DNA of 63,098 bases, filler included, from Octopus bimaculoides (lineage: Eukaryota), in NCBI RefSeq assembly GCF_001194135.2. It is 5 parts of 5 records of this genome, joined end to end, with 100 filler letters (N's around TTAATTAATTAA, not from the genome) between each part and the next. Parts side by side here need not be neighbours in the genome. Positions count along the whole stretch, not along the records: positions 33,835 to 45,541 come from NC_068986.1; positions 45,642 to 53,253 come from NC_068987.1; 3 more parts are not named here. The stretch is one strand, 5' to 3'. The translations under genes were made by a program, and so were the position numbers. Below, one piece after another: positions 37,343-50,150 of the stretch; within the stretch, counting starts at the first letter, position 1, and every line of letters begins with the position of its first letter. The notes below the pieces were generated by a model. The model was not told the origin of the DNA, ran no database searches, and saw only the letters and a program-made list of their open reading frames with translations.

Positions 37343-39363
37343 TGGATGTATATCACTAATCGAGTCGACTTACTAACAAAGATGTATTTCAGTAATTGTA
37401 CGTTGGTGATACATTTTCTGACTTTACATAAAGCTTTTTTTCTCTTTGTGTTATTCTATAATGAGTGTAAGCTGGTTTAGTATCTACTTTAGTTATATGA
37501 CAAATTCAGTACCGTAAACATGAGATTTTCATTGATAAATTGTAATTAGTACTAAAAATCTTTAAAAGAATAGCTCTATATATTTAAGTTTTGTATTTCA
37601 AGAGATTATTATACTTTTCATGCAGAGAGGCATAATGATCTTTCCATTCTTTTTATGCAAATCAGAGATTTTATTTTCTAATGTTTCCACCCTTTTTAAT
37701 ACTGTAGATTATTTGATGTATTTGGCTGATATTTCTAGCGAAGTGAGCAACCACTAAGACGCTTCCTCGCTGGCTGAAAATTTTTAATGATTAGGTTTGA
37801 GAAATATAGAAGAGTGTTGGACTAAATAATTTAAACACTTTGTATTTTCCTTTCAGTTTTGTGTTCAGATCAGTACAAAGTCAATGCTGTAGTCTGTCTC
37901 TCTGGGAGGCGAAAGTCAAACACCAACAGTATACTAAGGTCGATCTAAACGATTATTTATTCATCCTCCTCTGAAGCCCTGTGTTAAAAATTGGCTCAAG
38001 GCCACCTGACCAAAAGTTAGGTGAACAATGCTGACAAATTCATTTTAATCAACAACTACCAAAACCGTATCTAGCTTAAATCTCTTTTCTACTCGCCCCC
38101 TCATACTGTTTCTCTGTTTTCTCTTCCTCCAGTCTCTCTCTGTTTCTGTCACTCTCTACGTTGACCACAGAAGACACAAATTAGCTCAATAATCTTTCTA
38201 CAAACTGCACACATTTGAAGGATCCCATATTGTTAACAAGGAAAGGCATGACCCGTTTTCCTCTGATCAAGAACCATCTAATTTAATTCCAAATTCGACA
38301 AACAAAATTTTGGAACAGATTCCACCTTACTAACGTCGTCTGGATAATCTCACTTCCTTCATGTAAGAACTAGCAATGGTTCCGATGAATTTTTATAACC
38401 TTTACAAATCAAGACTTGAGTGGATAAATTAAATGTGTGTCCAAGACACATCCTTCAAATGAATCTTGTTAAGTTTGCTTGTAAATCAAGCAATGAGAGA
38501 TTTCATAGAGGTAAACTTCTACTATCAACAGCAGTGTTACATTGAGAAATTATGATGTCGTCAGTGATTCGTACCTATCCATGAAAAGGTCTGTTAAAAG
38601 GTTGTTGAGGAAATTCAGATTGGAAAAGAACTTTCTAACTACAAATCTAGTGAGTGATATCCTTCTGTCATGTCTCAATGCAAGCGACAGTTTACGATTG
38701 GTAATGAGAATGAGGTTCAGAACTGTACTTGTCACGAGGACTTCTGCAGTGCAAATATCTTAATTTCTATAACGAATTTCCTACCAAATTCCTCTTCAAA
38801 TTCATTCAGTCTAACGACCTCCCTGCTTACGTTTTGCTGCCAAGCGAGTATCGGCATATTTTTCTTTCCTAGCCTTAAAAAAGGCTATCCTCTCCTAGCC
38901 TTAAAAAAGGAAGAACTGTATTAGTATAAGTAAATCGTTCTAAATGCAAATCGGGGGAAATACGTGATGGTCATGGCACTTTATGAGAGCCAAACAAGAA
39001 CAAAATCCATTTTATGAGAGCCAAGCAAGGACAATTTTGCAATTTTCAAGATAAAAATTGGGCCACACCACTTGATATTTTTAACAGCTGCTGTATATCT
39101 TTTCAATTAATTTTCAGATAAAGACCATATATTAAACTTTCAGATTCTAGATCTCTTAAGAAACGTCCACACTGAAGGATATAAACTTCTATCCTTCAGT
39201 TATTGGCTGATTAATAACGTGTGTTGTATATATTACAAAACCTCTCCGCTAAGCTGGTGAAAGCGTGTAGTTTATCTGTTAAATAAATGCAAAGAACCTC
39301 CTTCACCCACCTACAAAATTCACCTGCATGCATGGTTGAAATTCACGAATACTCTAGAAATCC

Positions 39364-39492
39364 ATACTCTTTTACTTGTTTCAGTTATTTGAGCGCCACC
39401 TTTAGTCGAACAAATCGACCCCAGGACTTATTCTTTGTAAGCCAAGTACTTATTAGTGAGACTAAACCCGGAGCCATGTGGTTGGGAAGCAA
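39364..39492 (-). mobile_element. SINE family B with large internal deletion (head joined to tail)
   Basis: The tail part ending ..gtaagccaagtacttatt abuts the head part agtgagactaaacccggagccatgtggttgggaagc. Confidence 0.85.
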
Positions 39493-40014
39493 GCTCCTTA
39501 CCACACAGCCACTTCTGTAAAAAAAACCTGTTGCACTCAATGAATTTGCACCTGACGTAAAAATGTTTCTCCTAACCTTGATCTACAACTTCAGTGGTTG
39601 AGCGGAAAAGAAGTCAAAGCAATACACTCTTGTACAGCGAAAATAGCCACTTATCTATTCACGCCTAGACTGCCAAACTGTTCTTTGTTTCCAGCAGAAC
39701 AAAATGGAAAATAACGACAGATGGGCAAATTGATGAACCTATATATACAAAGCGGTTAAGACCCTAAGAGAGGGAGGGAATGAGAGACGTGCTTTCTATA
39801 TATATATAATTGCTAATGTAACGTAGACTAAAAAAGGAAGTATATATGTAATTAGAGAAGGGATGACATGGGCACAGATGAATGACTGAATAGCTGGTTA
39901 CAAAATGGCTAGCATAAATAAAACGAAATAGTGTTTTCAATGACATATCTTTCTTTGTCGTCTTTGTTATAATTTAAATCTTATTTTATTTTAATACCAA
40001 AAACAAATCGGACA

Positions 40015-40021
40015 GACAGAC

Positions 40022-40077
<56 letters not shown>
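40015..40077. repeat. (GATA)n tetranucleotide microsatellite
   Basis: Direct reading. Confidence 0.95.
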
Positions 40078-40419
40078 CAATGAAAAACTACACCAGCTGT
40101 TAACACTTCAAGCTGCCGGCACGTTTGAATCAGTTGACTGTCGGGGACTGTTACACTGCAGGAGTGAGTTATTATAACTTAAAACGTTTTAAAGACAGAA
40201 TAGGAGCTAAATATGGTGGTGATGTTAAGTTAATGGTAGTGGGGATGGCAGTAGTGTTGGCAATGATAGTGGTGGAGAGAGTAGCGGTGAAAAAAGTGGT
40301 GATGAAGCTTTTAACAAATACAATAGCGGCAATAAGGGTACTAAGGAAAGAAAGGCGTGGTTGCAAAAATTATTGAATGGAAGTTGTTGCTTTGAGAGAG
40401 AGAGAGAGAGAGAGAGAGA

Positions 40420-40479
<60 letters not shown>

Positions 40480-40597
40480 CAATGAATGTTACAACACAAC
40501 AGTGGACGAACTTTTGTTGATATGAAAATGATAATGATAAAACGTTGACGACGATCATGATATAAGTGGTAGTGTTGAAACTGTTGTCAATATGTTA

Positions 40598-40685
40598 TCA
40601 GAATCGTTAGCAAGCCGGATAAAATGCTTAGCGGCACTCCGTCCGTCTTTTCCTTCCTGAGTCCCGTTGAGGTTACTTTCGTCGT
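40598..40685 (+). mobile_element. SINE family A, 5' fragment
   Basis: cagaatcgttagcaagccggataaaatgcttagcggc. Confidence 0.75.
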
Positions 40686-40699
40686 CTGTATAGAGATGA

Positions 40700-43600
40700 G
40701 ATGTTGATCTAGGCTTGGAAACTGATTAAACAAGAAAAACACTTTGGCCAATCAAACTGTTCCGTGAAAGGTAATTGAAGCAGTGGAGCAAAAAAACCGT
40801 ACTTTTCAGATGCATCAAACAAAAATACACACATAAACAAGATTATAAACATGCACACAGACACACTTACAGCAACAGACCCCCACATCTTCCAGTTGTG
40901 AAGATGAAGGGAAACCAAAAGGTCAGAAAAGCAAAAAAACAAAAAATAAAGCACAAAAGAAAACTCCATAAAGCATAACACCCACAATAAAAAATACGGA
41001 CACCACCCACGCAAACATCTCCCCCAAAACACCAACACACACACAACTAACACAATCACTATCACCAGAATCTCTCAAACGCAAACAGCCTAACAAGGAC
41101 AAACACTCACACAAACATCTAAGACTGCAGACACCACACTCACAGCACACACAGACACAACAGGAACAACAGCAAGATCATCACCACTACAGTCAAGCAA
41201 ACAAGTTAAACAACACCAACCCAAAACACGCAACTTCGTATTCATCAGAAGGGACAACGAGGAACTGATGACCCACGTTACACAAAATATAGAATTTGAA
41301 ACAGGGGAGTGATATTCGAATCGAACACATTTCGCGTACCAGAAGATTTACTTCTGGTGTGAATGTTGCTCGATTCCTACGCAAAAATTCGAGAGAGCTT
41401 TCCGGTGGGCGTGGGAATCCCGAACGTGAGACCCACATGGATCCTCTTAAAGGGGTTCCCCCCACAAAAACCCACCGATTATGGAAGTTGAACCACCCTA
41501 CCTTCACAAGACACTGGAAGGTAAATAAACCTTTTCCTTCTCTCTTTATCTTGCCAATATGGCCATATTAAGGATAGGATTTTTAAATGTTCANNNNNNN
41601 NNNNNNNNNNNNNNNNNNNNNNNNNNNNNNNNNNNNNNNNNNNNNNNNNNNNNNNNNNNNNNNNNNNNNNNNNNNNNNNNNNNNNNNNNNNNNNNNNNNN
41701 NNNNNNNNNNNNNNNNNNNNNNNNNNNNNNNNNNNNNNNNNNNNNNNNNNNNNNNNNNNNNNNNNNNNNNNNNNNNNNNNNNNNNNNNNNNNNNNNNNNN
41801 NNNNNNNNNNNNNNNNNNNNNNNNNNNNNNNNNNNNNNNNTGGGAGGTGGGGTGGAAGTGCTGTTTAGGAAAGAGCAGGATCTCGAGATAAGGTTGATCT
41901 TCCGGGACCCGAACGGGAAGTTGGTGGTCCTGGACGTGAGCGAAGGTAGAGTCTTTAGACTAAAGGCCGTGTACGCCCCTACGGGAGCTAAACGGCCGGA
42001 TTTATTTAGGCGTTTGCGAGGCTTTCTAGGTACGTCTCACCCTTTACTATTAGAATGGAACAGAATCTTAGACCTACGGTGGGATTGTGTGCGAGTAGCT
42101 GATAAAATAGGTGGCGGGGTGCAAAAGCCTCAACCACCTGATCAGCCAGTTCCAACTGTCCGACAACTACCGACATGATTTCCCTAATGCGCCAGTGTGG
42201 ACCTGAACCAACCGCATAGGGTCATCTAGATCGCATATAGATAGCATTTTCACAAGGAAAATAGATAGTAATAGTGTAGGATGGCAAATCATAAGTTTGA
42301 AATCTGTATAATTCGTAAAAGTACAAATCATAAGTTTGTAATCTGTAGGGTCGACCTACATAAAGCGCCTAGGTTAGGACCCGGGTACTGGATGCTGAAC
42401 ATGTCGTTTAGGTAAGTAGAAGTTGACATCAACAATAGGTGGTGGACGGTTCTCAAAAGAGAGATTAGAGTAATATCGATAGGGTTTAGCAAAGAAATAG
42501 CGCAAGGAAAAATGGAAAGGTGGAAGAGTTAGTAGCTAAACTAGACGAGACTATTTGTGGTGGCATTGTAACCGACGTGCTAGCAGCGAGAATGGCATTA
42601 GACCAGTTCTTCAATGCGAAGCATGAAGGTTGCATTTTCAGATCTAAGGCACGTGTTCTAAGAAACGAGGGGATCAAAGCTGTTCGATGGGCCCGTATGG
42701 TAACAAAATGACAATTTGGTCTTTGATGGGCCGAGACGGACACGAGCTGGGCGATTCCAAGCAGATGTGTGAGGCCTTTCGCCAGCACTTTGCTTGGTTG
42801 TTCGGCGAGAGTGGCGGGGTGGAGATGATAGCAGACCTCAGTCCCTATCTCGACGGCTTGCCGCGTCTCTCAAACGACAACGCTGAGCGTTGTGAAAGGC
42901 AGATAATTTCAGTCGAAATTCAGGATGCCCTTGTCGGCTGCATGAGGCGCAAGTGACCTGGTTTAGATGAACTTTATGTAAACATGCCCTACTTGTTCTC
43001 CGATCTCCTCGAAGCGCTCTACTGCAACTAGCAGCAGAACGGGAGTATTCCCAGTTCTGTAAGCTAGGGTGTAGTGACGCTGGTAAGGAAAGACGAAAAC
43101 AATGACACATTAGATAACTTCAGAGTTTAAGATTTTGGCCAAGGTGTTAGCGAAGAGGTTATCGCTTGTCGTCGAGGATTTGGTTGGGGAGGCGCAAACA
43201 TGCGCAATCCCGACTCGGTCCATACAGGACAACCTCCACCTCATGTGATGCATCATAAGAAGGGTAGGGTGTAAACCTGGCTTCGGTGGGGCACCGATCA
43301 ATTTAGATCAATCGAAAGCTTTCGATAGGGTCGACCATCAATATCTAGAGACTGTCCAAAAAGCGACTGGCTTCTGCCCCGTCCTCAGAGGCTGGATCGC
43401 TGCAATGCACAGCAGCATCAGCTCGGTGTTCAAAATTAATGGTCACCTCTCGGAACCGTTTCAGATCTCCTGATCGGTCCGTCAAGTGTGCCTTCTCTCC
43501 TCCTTTCTGTACGCATTGACTCTTGAGCCTTTACTACGGAAGCTGAGGCTGCTGCAGTGCATCTCGCTCGAATCAGGATACAGAAGTTGGCGTATGCAGA

Positions 43601-45232
43601 TGTCATTGCCATAATGTTGTCGGACACCTTAGAAATCGAGGTGGTCGGTACTTCATTGGAGGAACATGAAAATTTGACGGAAGCAAAACTTAACCTGGAA
43701 ACATCGAAGAGCTCGCAACTCCACACTTGGAGGGGCAAGTCTATGCCTTCCAGCAACGTCGTTGGGTGCTGGACGAACAGGCAAAGTTGCTTGGGGTTTG
43801 GTTCGGACCAGACCTCCTGGTGGATAATAATTGGGACGAGGTGACGAGTAGAGTAGCCAATCTCACCCAGAAAAGGGATATGAGGAAGCTGTCACTGAGA
43901 GGCCATGCGGAGGTGCCGAATGCGTACATCGTGTCCGTCATCTACTACCGCTTGACCGTCGTGCCTCCCCCCGTTCGCGTCTCGCCAAGTTGGAGCGCCT
44001 ACTCTTTAAATTCTTTTTGAGGGGACAGGTTTCATTGGTGAGGTAGTCCATCTGTTGCCGACACCCTCTACACGGAGGACTGGGCATGCCGTGGATAATG
44101 ATGCGCAGACATGCACTTAGGCTACGTCATCTTCAGATATTTTGCCTAAACACTGAATAGGTGTGGTTGCCGGTTGTTAAACAGGCCTTTCTCCAGCTCG
44201 TCTCCTTGACTGAGCTGCAGTCCTGGGTCAAGAAGAGATCGACGTAGGGTGACTGGCATCTGGAATGTTGGCACTCACTGCCCTCTACCAGTCGATTACT
44301 GGAACACCGATCAATGCGATCAGTGGAACATCGACTCTTGAGTTCTATAGAAGTTTAATGGAGGGAAAGAGCGATGACGAACTTGGAGAGACGCCAGGCG
44401 TTAACGAAGTCGAACTGACCAGTGTGTTCAGGACTTTCGAGTCGGGAACGATGGATAACTTCCAGAAATCCTTAATTCGGCAGTGCTACCGGGGAGCACG
44501 GCCGGTTGGTGATAAACTCCACAGGCACGGAAGTGCTGTCAGACGGACCTGCACGTGATGCGCGTAGAGCGACGAAACCGTTCTGCATGCACTCGTCTCG
44601 TGTCCTTCCATTACTGACTTGTGGAGTTATGTTGAACAACTATTATCACGTGTAGAACGTATCCGGCTATCGGCTTAATCCATAGTGAAGCTCGACCCGC
44701 CGCCTTCCATTGGTCCGGAAGAGCAGGCAATTTTCCTCTGTCTCATAACAGTAACGAAAGTGGTTGCATGGTGGACCAGGTTGAAAGGACTGACGACAGA
44801 CACTTTTCTCTTCGACCAATCCTTCATCAACTTTTTCAGATGTCACTTGGAAAGGAAGATGAAGGTGGAGGGCGAAGTGCCGCCCACCTCCCAGTACATT
44901 TGCTAAAAGGTGGGTGAAGGTAACGAAAATGGCCCGTGTGAGTAGACCTACTCTAATAATGCGCCAGTAGGCCAGTGAATTTGAGAGGGAGAAGGGAGAC
45001 CTTCCCGGATACCTTCGAAGCGTCGAGTGGTCTAGGATTGGTGGAGTACCTGAGCTAACCCCAGGTGGTTACCCCCCCCCCACACACCATTGGGGAACTT
45101 TCATTGTTATATTCTTTTTGTTTGATATTATTGTTATTGTTTTAATTGTGTACTCGTAGTTTCGTGTAAGATCACCACTGACCATGTCTACTGTATTGTC
45201 CCTTATATATCGGCCCTAGTGGCCAATAAATG
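40700..45232 (+). mobile_element. Near-full-length decayed Tx1-type non-LTR retrotransposon
   Basis: ORF1 relic, then LRIGFLNV, G.LVVLDV..FRL.AVYAP, GPGYW, R.IT....FKILAKVLAKRL, NLDQSKAFDRVDH, SVRQ.C.LSP.L....LEPLLRKL, AYAD, LSLRGHAEV, C-terminal C..C..SDETVLH.LVSC zinc knuckle. AATAAA near 45222, then (TAA)n. Numerous stops and frameshifts. Confidence 0.9.
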
Positions 45233-45235
45233 AAA

Positions 45236-45266
<31 letters not shown>

Positions 45267-45284
45267 AATAATTATTATTATTAT

Positions 45285-45355
<71 letters not shown>
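45232..45355. repeat. (TAA)n array at the Tx1 3' end
   Basis: Direct reading. Confidence 0.95.
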
Positions 45356-45357
<2 letters not shown>

Positions 45358-45431
45358 TTTGTTGTCTCTTAACGTCTCTGGGTGAGACTTGGATCCAACT
45401 TGTACAAATGCAAAGCAAAAGTCAAACATAA

Positions 45432-45463
<32 letters not shown>

Positions 45464-45479
45464 TAATAATAATAATAAT

Positions 45480-45512
<33 letters not shown>

Positions 45513-45541
45513 TATTATTATTATTATTATTATTATTCAGT

Positions 45542-45641
45542 NNNNNNNNNNNNNNNNNNNNNNNNNNNNNNNNNNNNNNNNNNNNTTAATTAATTAANNN
45601 NNNNNNNNNNNNNNNNNNNNNNNNNNNNNNNNNNNNNNNNN
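45542..45641. other. Artificial scaffold join spacer
   Basis: 44N-TTAATTAATTAA-44N. Confidence 0.9.
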
Positions 45642-45654
45642 TATATATATATAA

Positions 45655-45980
45655 CTTGCACTCTGTTGGTTACAACGACAGACTTCAGTTGATCCAATCA
45701 ACAGTACAACAGTACAGTCTACTTGTGAAATTAATATGCTAGTGGCTGAGCACTCCACAGACATACATACCTTTAATGTAATTCTCAGGGAGATTCAGCA
45801 TGACACGGAATGTGACAAGGCTGGCCCTTTGAAATACAGGTACCACTCATTTTTGCCAGTTGAGTGGACTGGAGCCACGTAAAATAAAGCATCTTGCTCT
45901 AGGACAAAACGCATTACTGGTTATTGAACTCACAACCTTATGATCGTGTGTCAAATACCCTAACCACTAAACTATGTGAC
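45655..45980 (-). mobile_element. tRNA-derived SINE, third family
   Basis: Minus strand: tagtttagtggttaggg A box, gtgagttcaat B box, gtcctagagcaagatgcttt (CORE/Meta-like), body ggccagccttgtcac..ctccctgagaattac, tail ttggatcaactgaag..gtcgttgtaacc. Confidence 0.8.
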
Positions 45981-46002
45981 TTCAGTTTTATATATATATA
46001 TA

Positions 46003-46237
46003 TATGAAGGGATGCTGAAAACTTCCTGGCTTGGAGTAAAAGAATATACAAGAGGATCAGTTGATTATGATTATTTTCAACATATTCCCCTGTCAAATTT
46101 ACACACTTATTGCAGGAGTTCTCCAGATCTTCTAAGCCCCGTAACAGAACTCAGAAGTTTGGGCCTCCAGCAAGGCATTAACAGTATTGTAAAATGCAAC
46201 ACCGTTAATGCCAGGAACTTTTCAGTGCTTCCTTATG
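46003..46237. mobile_element. Mariner-type MITE (~235 bp)
   Basis: TIRs tatgaagggatgctgaaaacttcctggc and gccaggaacttttcagtgcttccttat; inserted at a (TA)n run. Confidence 0.8.
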
Positions 46238-46507
46238 TGTGGATATATACTCACGCATCAGTAACTTAGATGACTTAGATGACTTAGATACGTTTCAGCC
46301 AAAGATTGGCCCAGGCCATGTCTAACTTAATAGCACCACCTGATAGGATTTCTTAAGTCATTTTCAAGTCAAGTTTTGTGGTATCACAGCTCATTCAAGA
46401 TAGGAACAACTAATACTTTTATGTACGGGGGAAGTAAAGGTTGGAGAAGAGTAACGTATAGATAAAGGACGTTAGTAATGCAGAAAGGGAAAAAGCATGG
46501 TTTTCGT

Positions 46508-46532
46508 GAAGAAAGAAAGAAAGAAAGAAGGA

Positions 46533-46584
<52 letters not shown>

Positions 46585-46620
46585 CATAGAGGAAGAAAGA
46601 GAGAAAGAAGGAAAGAAAGA
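46508..46620. repeat. (GAAA)n microsatellite
   Basis: Direct reading. Confidence 0.95.
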
Positions 46621-46626
46621 AAAAGG

Positions 46627-47744
46627 TAATGGAAAAGATTCCTGGACGACTGTTTCATACTCTGGAATGAAAACAGATAAACTCCTGAAATTCAAAAGTC
46701 TATTGAACAGTGTCAACCCAAACATACAGTTCACAATGGAATACNNNNNNNNNNNNNNNNNNNNNNNNNNNNNNNNNNNNNNNNNNNNNNNNNNNNNNNN
46801 NNNNNNNNNNNNNNNNNNNNNNNNNNNNNNNNNNNNNNNNNNNNNNNNNNNNNNNNNNNNNNNNNNNNNNNNNNNNNNNNNNNNNNNNNNNNNNNNNNNN
46901 NNNNNNNNNNNNNNNNNNNNNNNNNNNNNNNNNNNNNNNNNNNNNNNNNNNNNNNNNNNNNNNNNNNNNNNNNNNNNNNNNNNNNNNNNNNNNNNNNNNN
47001 NNNNNNNNNNNNNNNNNNNNNNNNNNNNNNNNNNNNNNNNNNNNNNNNNNNNNNNNNNNNNNNNNNNNNNNNNNNNNNNNNNNNNNNNNNNNNNNNNNNN
47101 NNNNNNNNNNNNNNNNNNNNNNNNNNNNNNNNNNNNNNNNNNNNNNNNNNNNNNATACAACCCCAGAAACAAAGAAGCCTTCAGCATCATCACCCAAAAC
47201 ATACCAATGCTACATAAGAACCCCAAATTAAAGGAAATTTTACACACACACAAAATCATTAAAAGTTACAAACAACCAAAATCACTAAAAAAGATCCTCA
47301 CAAAGGCAAAATTATTTTCCAAAATAACAGATGCAAAAGTGAAAAAATGTGATCAACCAAATTGCGCAACATGCCCAAACCTTCTAGAAGGTTCAGAATT
47401 CCTTTTCAAAGAGGGACAAAAATTCAAAATTAAATCTGACTTTACTTGCGCCTCAGAAAACTTTCTTTATGTAATAAGATGTTCGGGCTGCCACGAAAAC
47501 TACATAGGGTCCACGGGATTATCGCTCAGACGCAAATGCACACTGCATCGACAGCAGATTGCATTCCCAGAATACCGAATGATACCCTTTAGTGAACATA
47601 TTGAGAAATGCGCAAAACAAATGCTACTACAATTTATAATCTTTCCATTCTATCAATGTGCCACTGGAACACCAACACAAAATAGATTAAATAGGGAAAC
47701 CTTCTTCATTCAAAAATATAAACCCAAACTTAACCATTGCTAAC
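46627..47744 (+). mobile_element. 5'-truncated Penelope-like element (RT C-terminus plus GIY-YIG endonuclease)
   Basis: WKRFLDDCFILW at 46630 (catalytic DD), frameshift, LNSVNPNIQFTME, gap, then C..PNCATC, FTC.SEN.LYVIRC.GC..NYIGST, R..H and RE.FFI.K..P.LN. Confidence 0.93.
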
Positions 47745-47989
47745 NNNNNNNNNNNNNNNNNNNNNNNNNNNNNNNNNNNNNNNNNNNNNNNNNNNNNNNN
47801 NNNNNNNNNNNNNNNNNNNNNNNNNNNNNNNNNNNNNNNNNNNNTGTGTGTGTGTGTGTGTATGCATGTATGTATGTATGTATATATATATATAATACTT
47901 ATATATATCTATATTTATATATATACAACATAAATGTATATAATACATATACAATAAACATACATGCGCATACCCATACACACACACAT

Positions 47990-48250
47990 ACATATTATTT
48001 CGGCCTTTATTATTTCCCCTTCTTTCTACTTCTCCTGTCAAACCTTTTTTACCAACCAGTTGGCATGCTTCATCGCTTAATCCACACATTTTTGAAAACT
48101 CTTTCTTTATTTATTTTCTCTCATTCCTTTCTGTTGAAGAGCGTAGGCTCATAATGTAAAAGACATTCTCATTTCCTGAGCATCATACTAATACACCTGC
48201 TTGTTGTTCATACACCTGTCTTCGTCTTTTGTTTTTCTGTAAATTTCAAC

Positions 48251-48255
<5 letters not shown>
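47990..48255 (+). mobile_element. Probable PLE 3' UTR/terminal repeat with decayed hammerhead-like motif
   Basis: Lies 250 bp past the PLE stop across a 100-N gap; contains CTTT-CTGTTGA-A-GAGC(GTAG)GCTC-ATAATGT-A-AAAG at 48127-48162. Confidence 0.55.
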
Positions 48256-48295
<40 letters not shown>

Positions 48296-49027
48296 CATAT
48301 GTGTGTGTGTGTGTGTGTGTCTGTGCACATGCACATATTCATATATGAATATATATGTATATATTTGTATATATATATATATGTATATATTTGTATATAT
48401 ATANNNNNNNNNNNNNNNNNNNNNNNNNNNNNNNNNNNNNNNNNNNNNNNNNNNNNNNNNNNNNNNNNNNNNNNNNNNNNNNNNNNNNNNNNNNNNNNNN
48501 NNNNNNNNNNNNNNNNNNNNNNNNNNNNNNNNNNNNNNNNNNNNNNNNNNNNNNNNNNNNNNNNNNNNNNNNNNNNNNNNNNNNNNNNNNNNNNNNNNNN
48601 NNNNNNNNNNNNNNNNNNNNNNNNNNNNNNNNNNNNNNNNNNNNNNNNNNNNNNNNNNNNNNNNNNNNNNNNNNNNNNNNNNNNNNNNNNNNNNNNNNNN
48701 NNNNNNNNNNNNNNNNNNNNNNNNNNNNNNNNNNNNNNNNNNNNNNNNNNNNNNNNNNNNNNNNNNNNNNNNNNNNNNNNNNNNNNNNNNNNNNNNNNNN
48801 NNNNNNNNNNNNNNNNNNNNNNNNNNNNNNNNNNNNNNNNNNNNNNNNNNNNNNNNNNNNNNNNNNNNNNNNNNNNNNNNNNNNNNNNNNNNNNNNNNNN
48901 NNNNNNNNNNNNNNNNNNNNNNNNNNNNNNNNNNNNNNNNNNNNNNNNNNNNNNNNNNNNNNNNNNNNNNNNNNNNNNNNNNNNNNNNNNNNNNNNNNNN
49001 NNNNNNNNNNNNNNNNNNNNNNNNNNN

Positions 49028-49060
<33 letters not shown>

Positions 49061-49096
49061 CATATGTGTGTGTGTGTGTGTGTGTCTGTGTCTGTG

Positions 49097-49129
<33 letters not shown>

Positions 49130-49398
49130 ATCTGTGTCTGTGTCTGTCTATGTTTCTATGTCTGTGCATCTGCATGTATGTGCGTGTAGGGAAGAGAGAG
49201 ACTGCTGGATTGGTACAAGGGCAACGGTCTCTAGGGATGGGGCAGGGTGTGAAGGGATCAAGGTAAACAGCACCTTAGAGAATGACATTATTTTAACTGT
49301 GCAGTTGGTGTTGTGTGTGGAATAGGCAGGGTAGGGGGCGTATTGGTTGTGGTAGTGGTGGTGGTGGTGAGGGAGATGAAGTACAAAATAAGAATTTC

Positions 49399-49435
<37 letters not shown>

Positions 49436-49792
49436 AGAGATCTTTCTTTTAGGTTCCTATCTAAACAAGGTCAAGGGAGGTGGTATGACGAGGGGAAAGC
49501 ACTTCTAATGGAAGCTGTGTACAGTGACAGGTGGACAGGACAACAATATGCATATAATGTGAAGTGGGGAGGGGGGCTCGAATGTTGGAAGACATAAGTT
49601 AGCTTGCTCATCCTTTTGTGTCTTTGTCACTTGCTTCTCCCCTCACACACACACACACATACAAGCACACACATATACACATGCACACATTAACGTACAC
49701 ACAAACGCACACATGCATACACTCATACATACATACAAACATAAACACACCTACACACATATACACATATACATACATCCTTTCTCTCTCTT

Positions 49793-49827
<35 letters not shown>

Positions 49828-49858
49828 TTCTCTATCTCTCTCTTTCTCTCTCTCACTT

Positions 49859-49896
<38 letters not shown>

Positions 49897-49944
49897 TCTC
49901 TCTCTCTCTTTCTCTCTATGTATCTGTTTTCTTTTATTTTTCAC

Positions 49945-50150
49945 TTGTTTCACTCATTGAACTGTGATCATGTTGGAGGTACCTTGAAGGGTTTAGTTAA
50001 ACAAATCAGCCTTTGTACTATTATTATGGGTTCAAGTACAGTATTTATTCTATCAGTCTCTTTAACCAAACGTTAAGTTACAGGAATATAGATAAACCAA
50101 CACTAGTTGTCAAGCAGTAGTGGGGACAAATACAATCACAGACACACCTC
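49945..50150 (-). mobile_element. SINE family B, 3' half
   Basis: cttgtttcactcattgaactgtg..gtaccttgaagggtttag..ttattctatcagtctc..gttgtcaagc..ggggacaaatac. Confidence 0.8.

Noticed and set aside
38150-38900. Possible very old minus-strand RTE linker/RT relic (..EEFGRKF..), with an 18-bp direct repeat at 38867-38884 and 38893-38910
   Set aside because: Peptide similarity too weak to call by eye; the repeat is a small local duplication.
46478-47743. 421-aa ORF as a single gene
   Set aside because: The N-terminus is a (GAAA)n translation. The true PLE frame starts at 46630 and is frameshifted, so this is a truncated TE.
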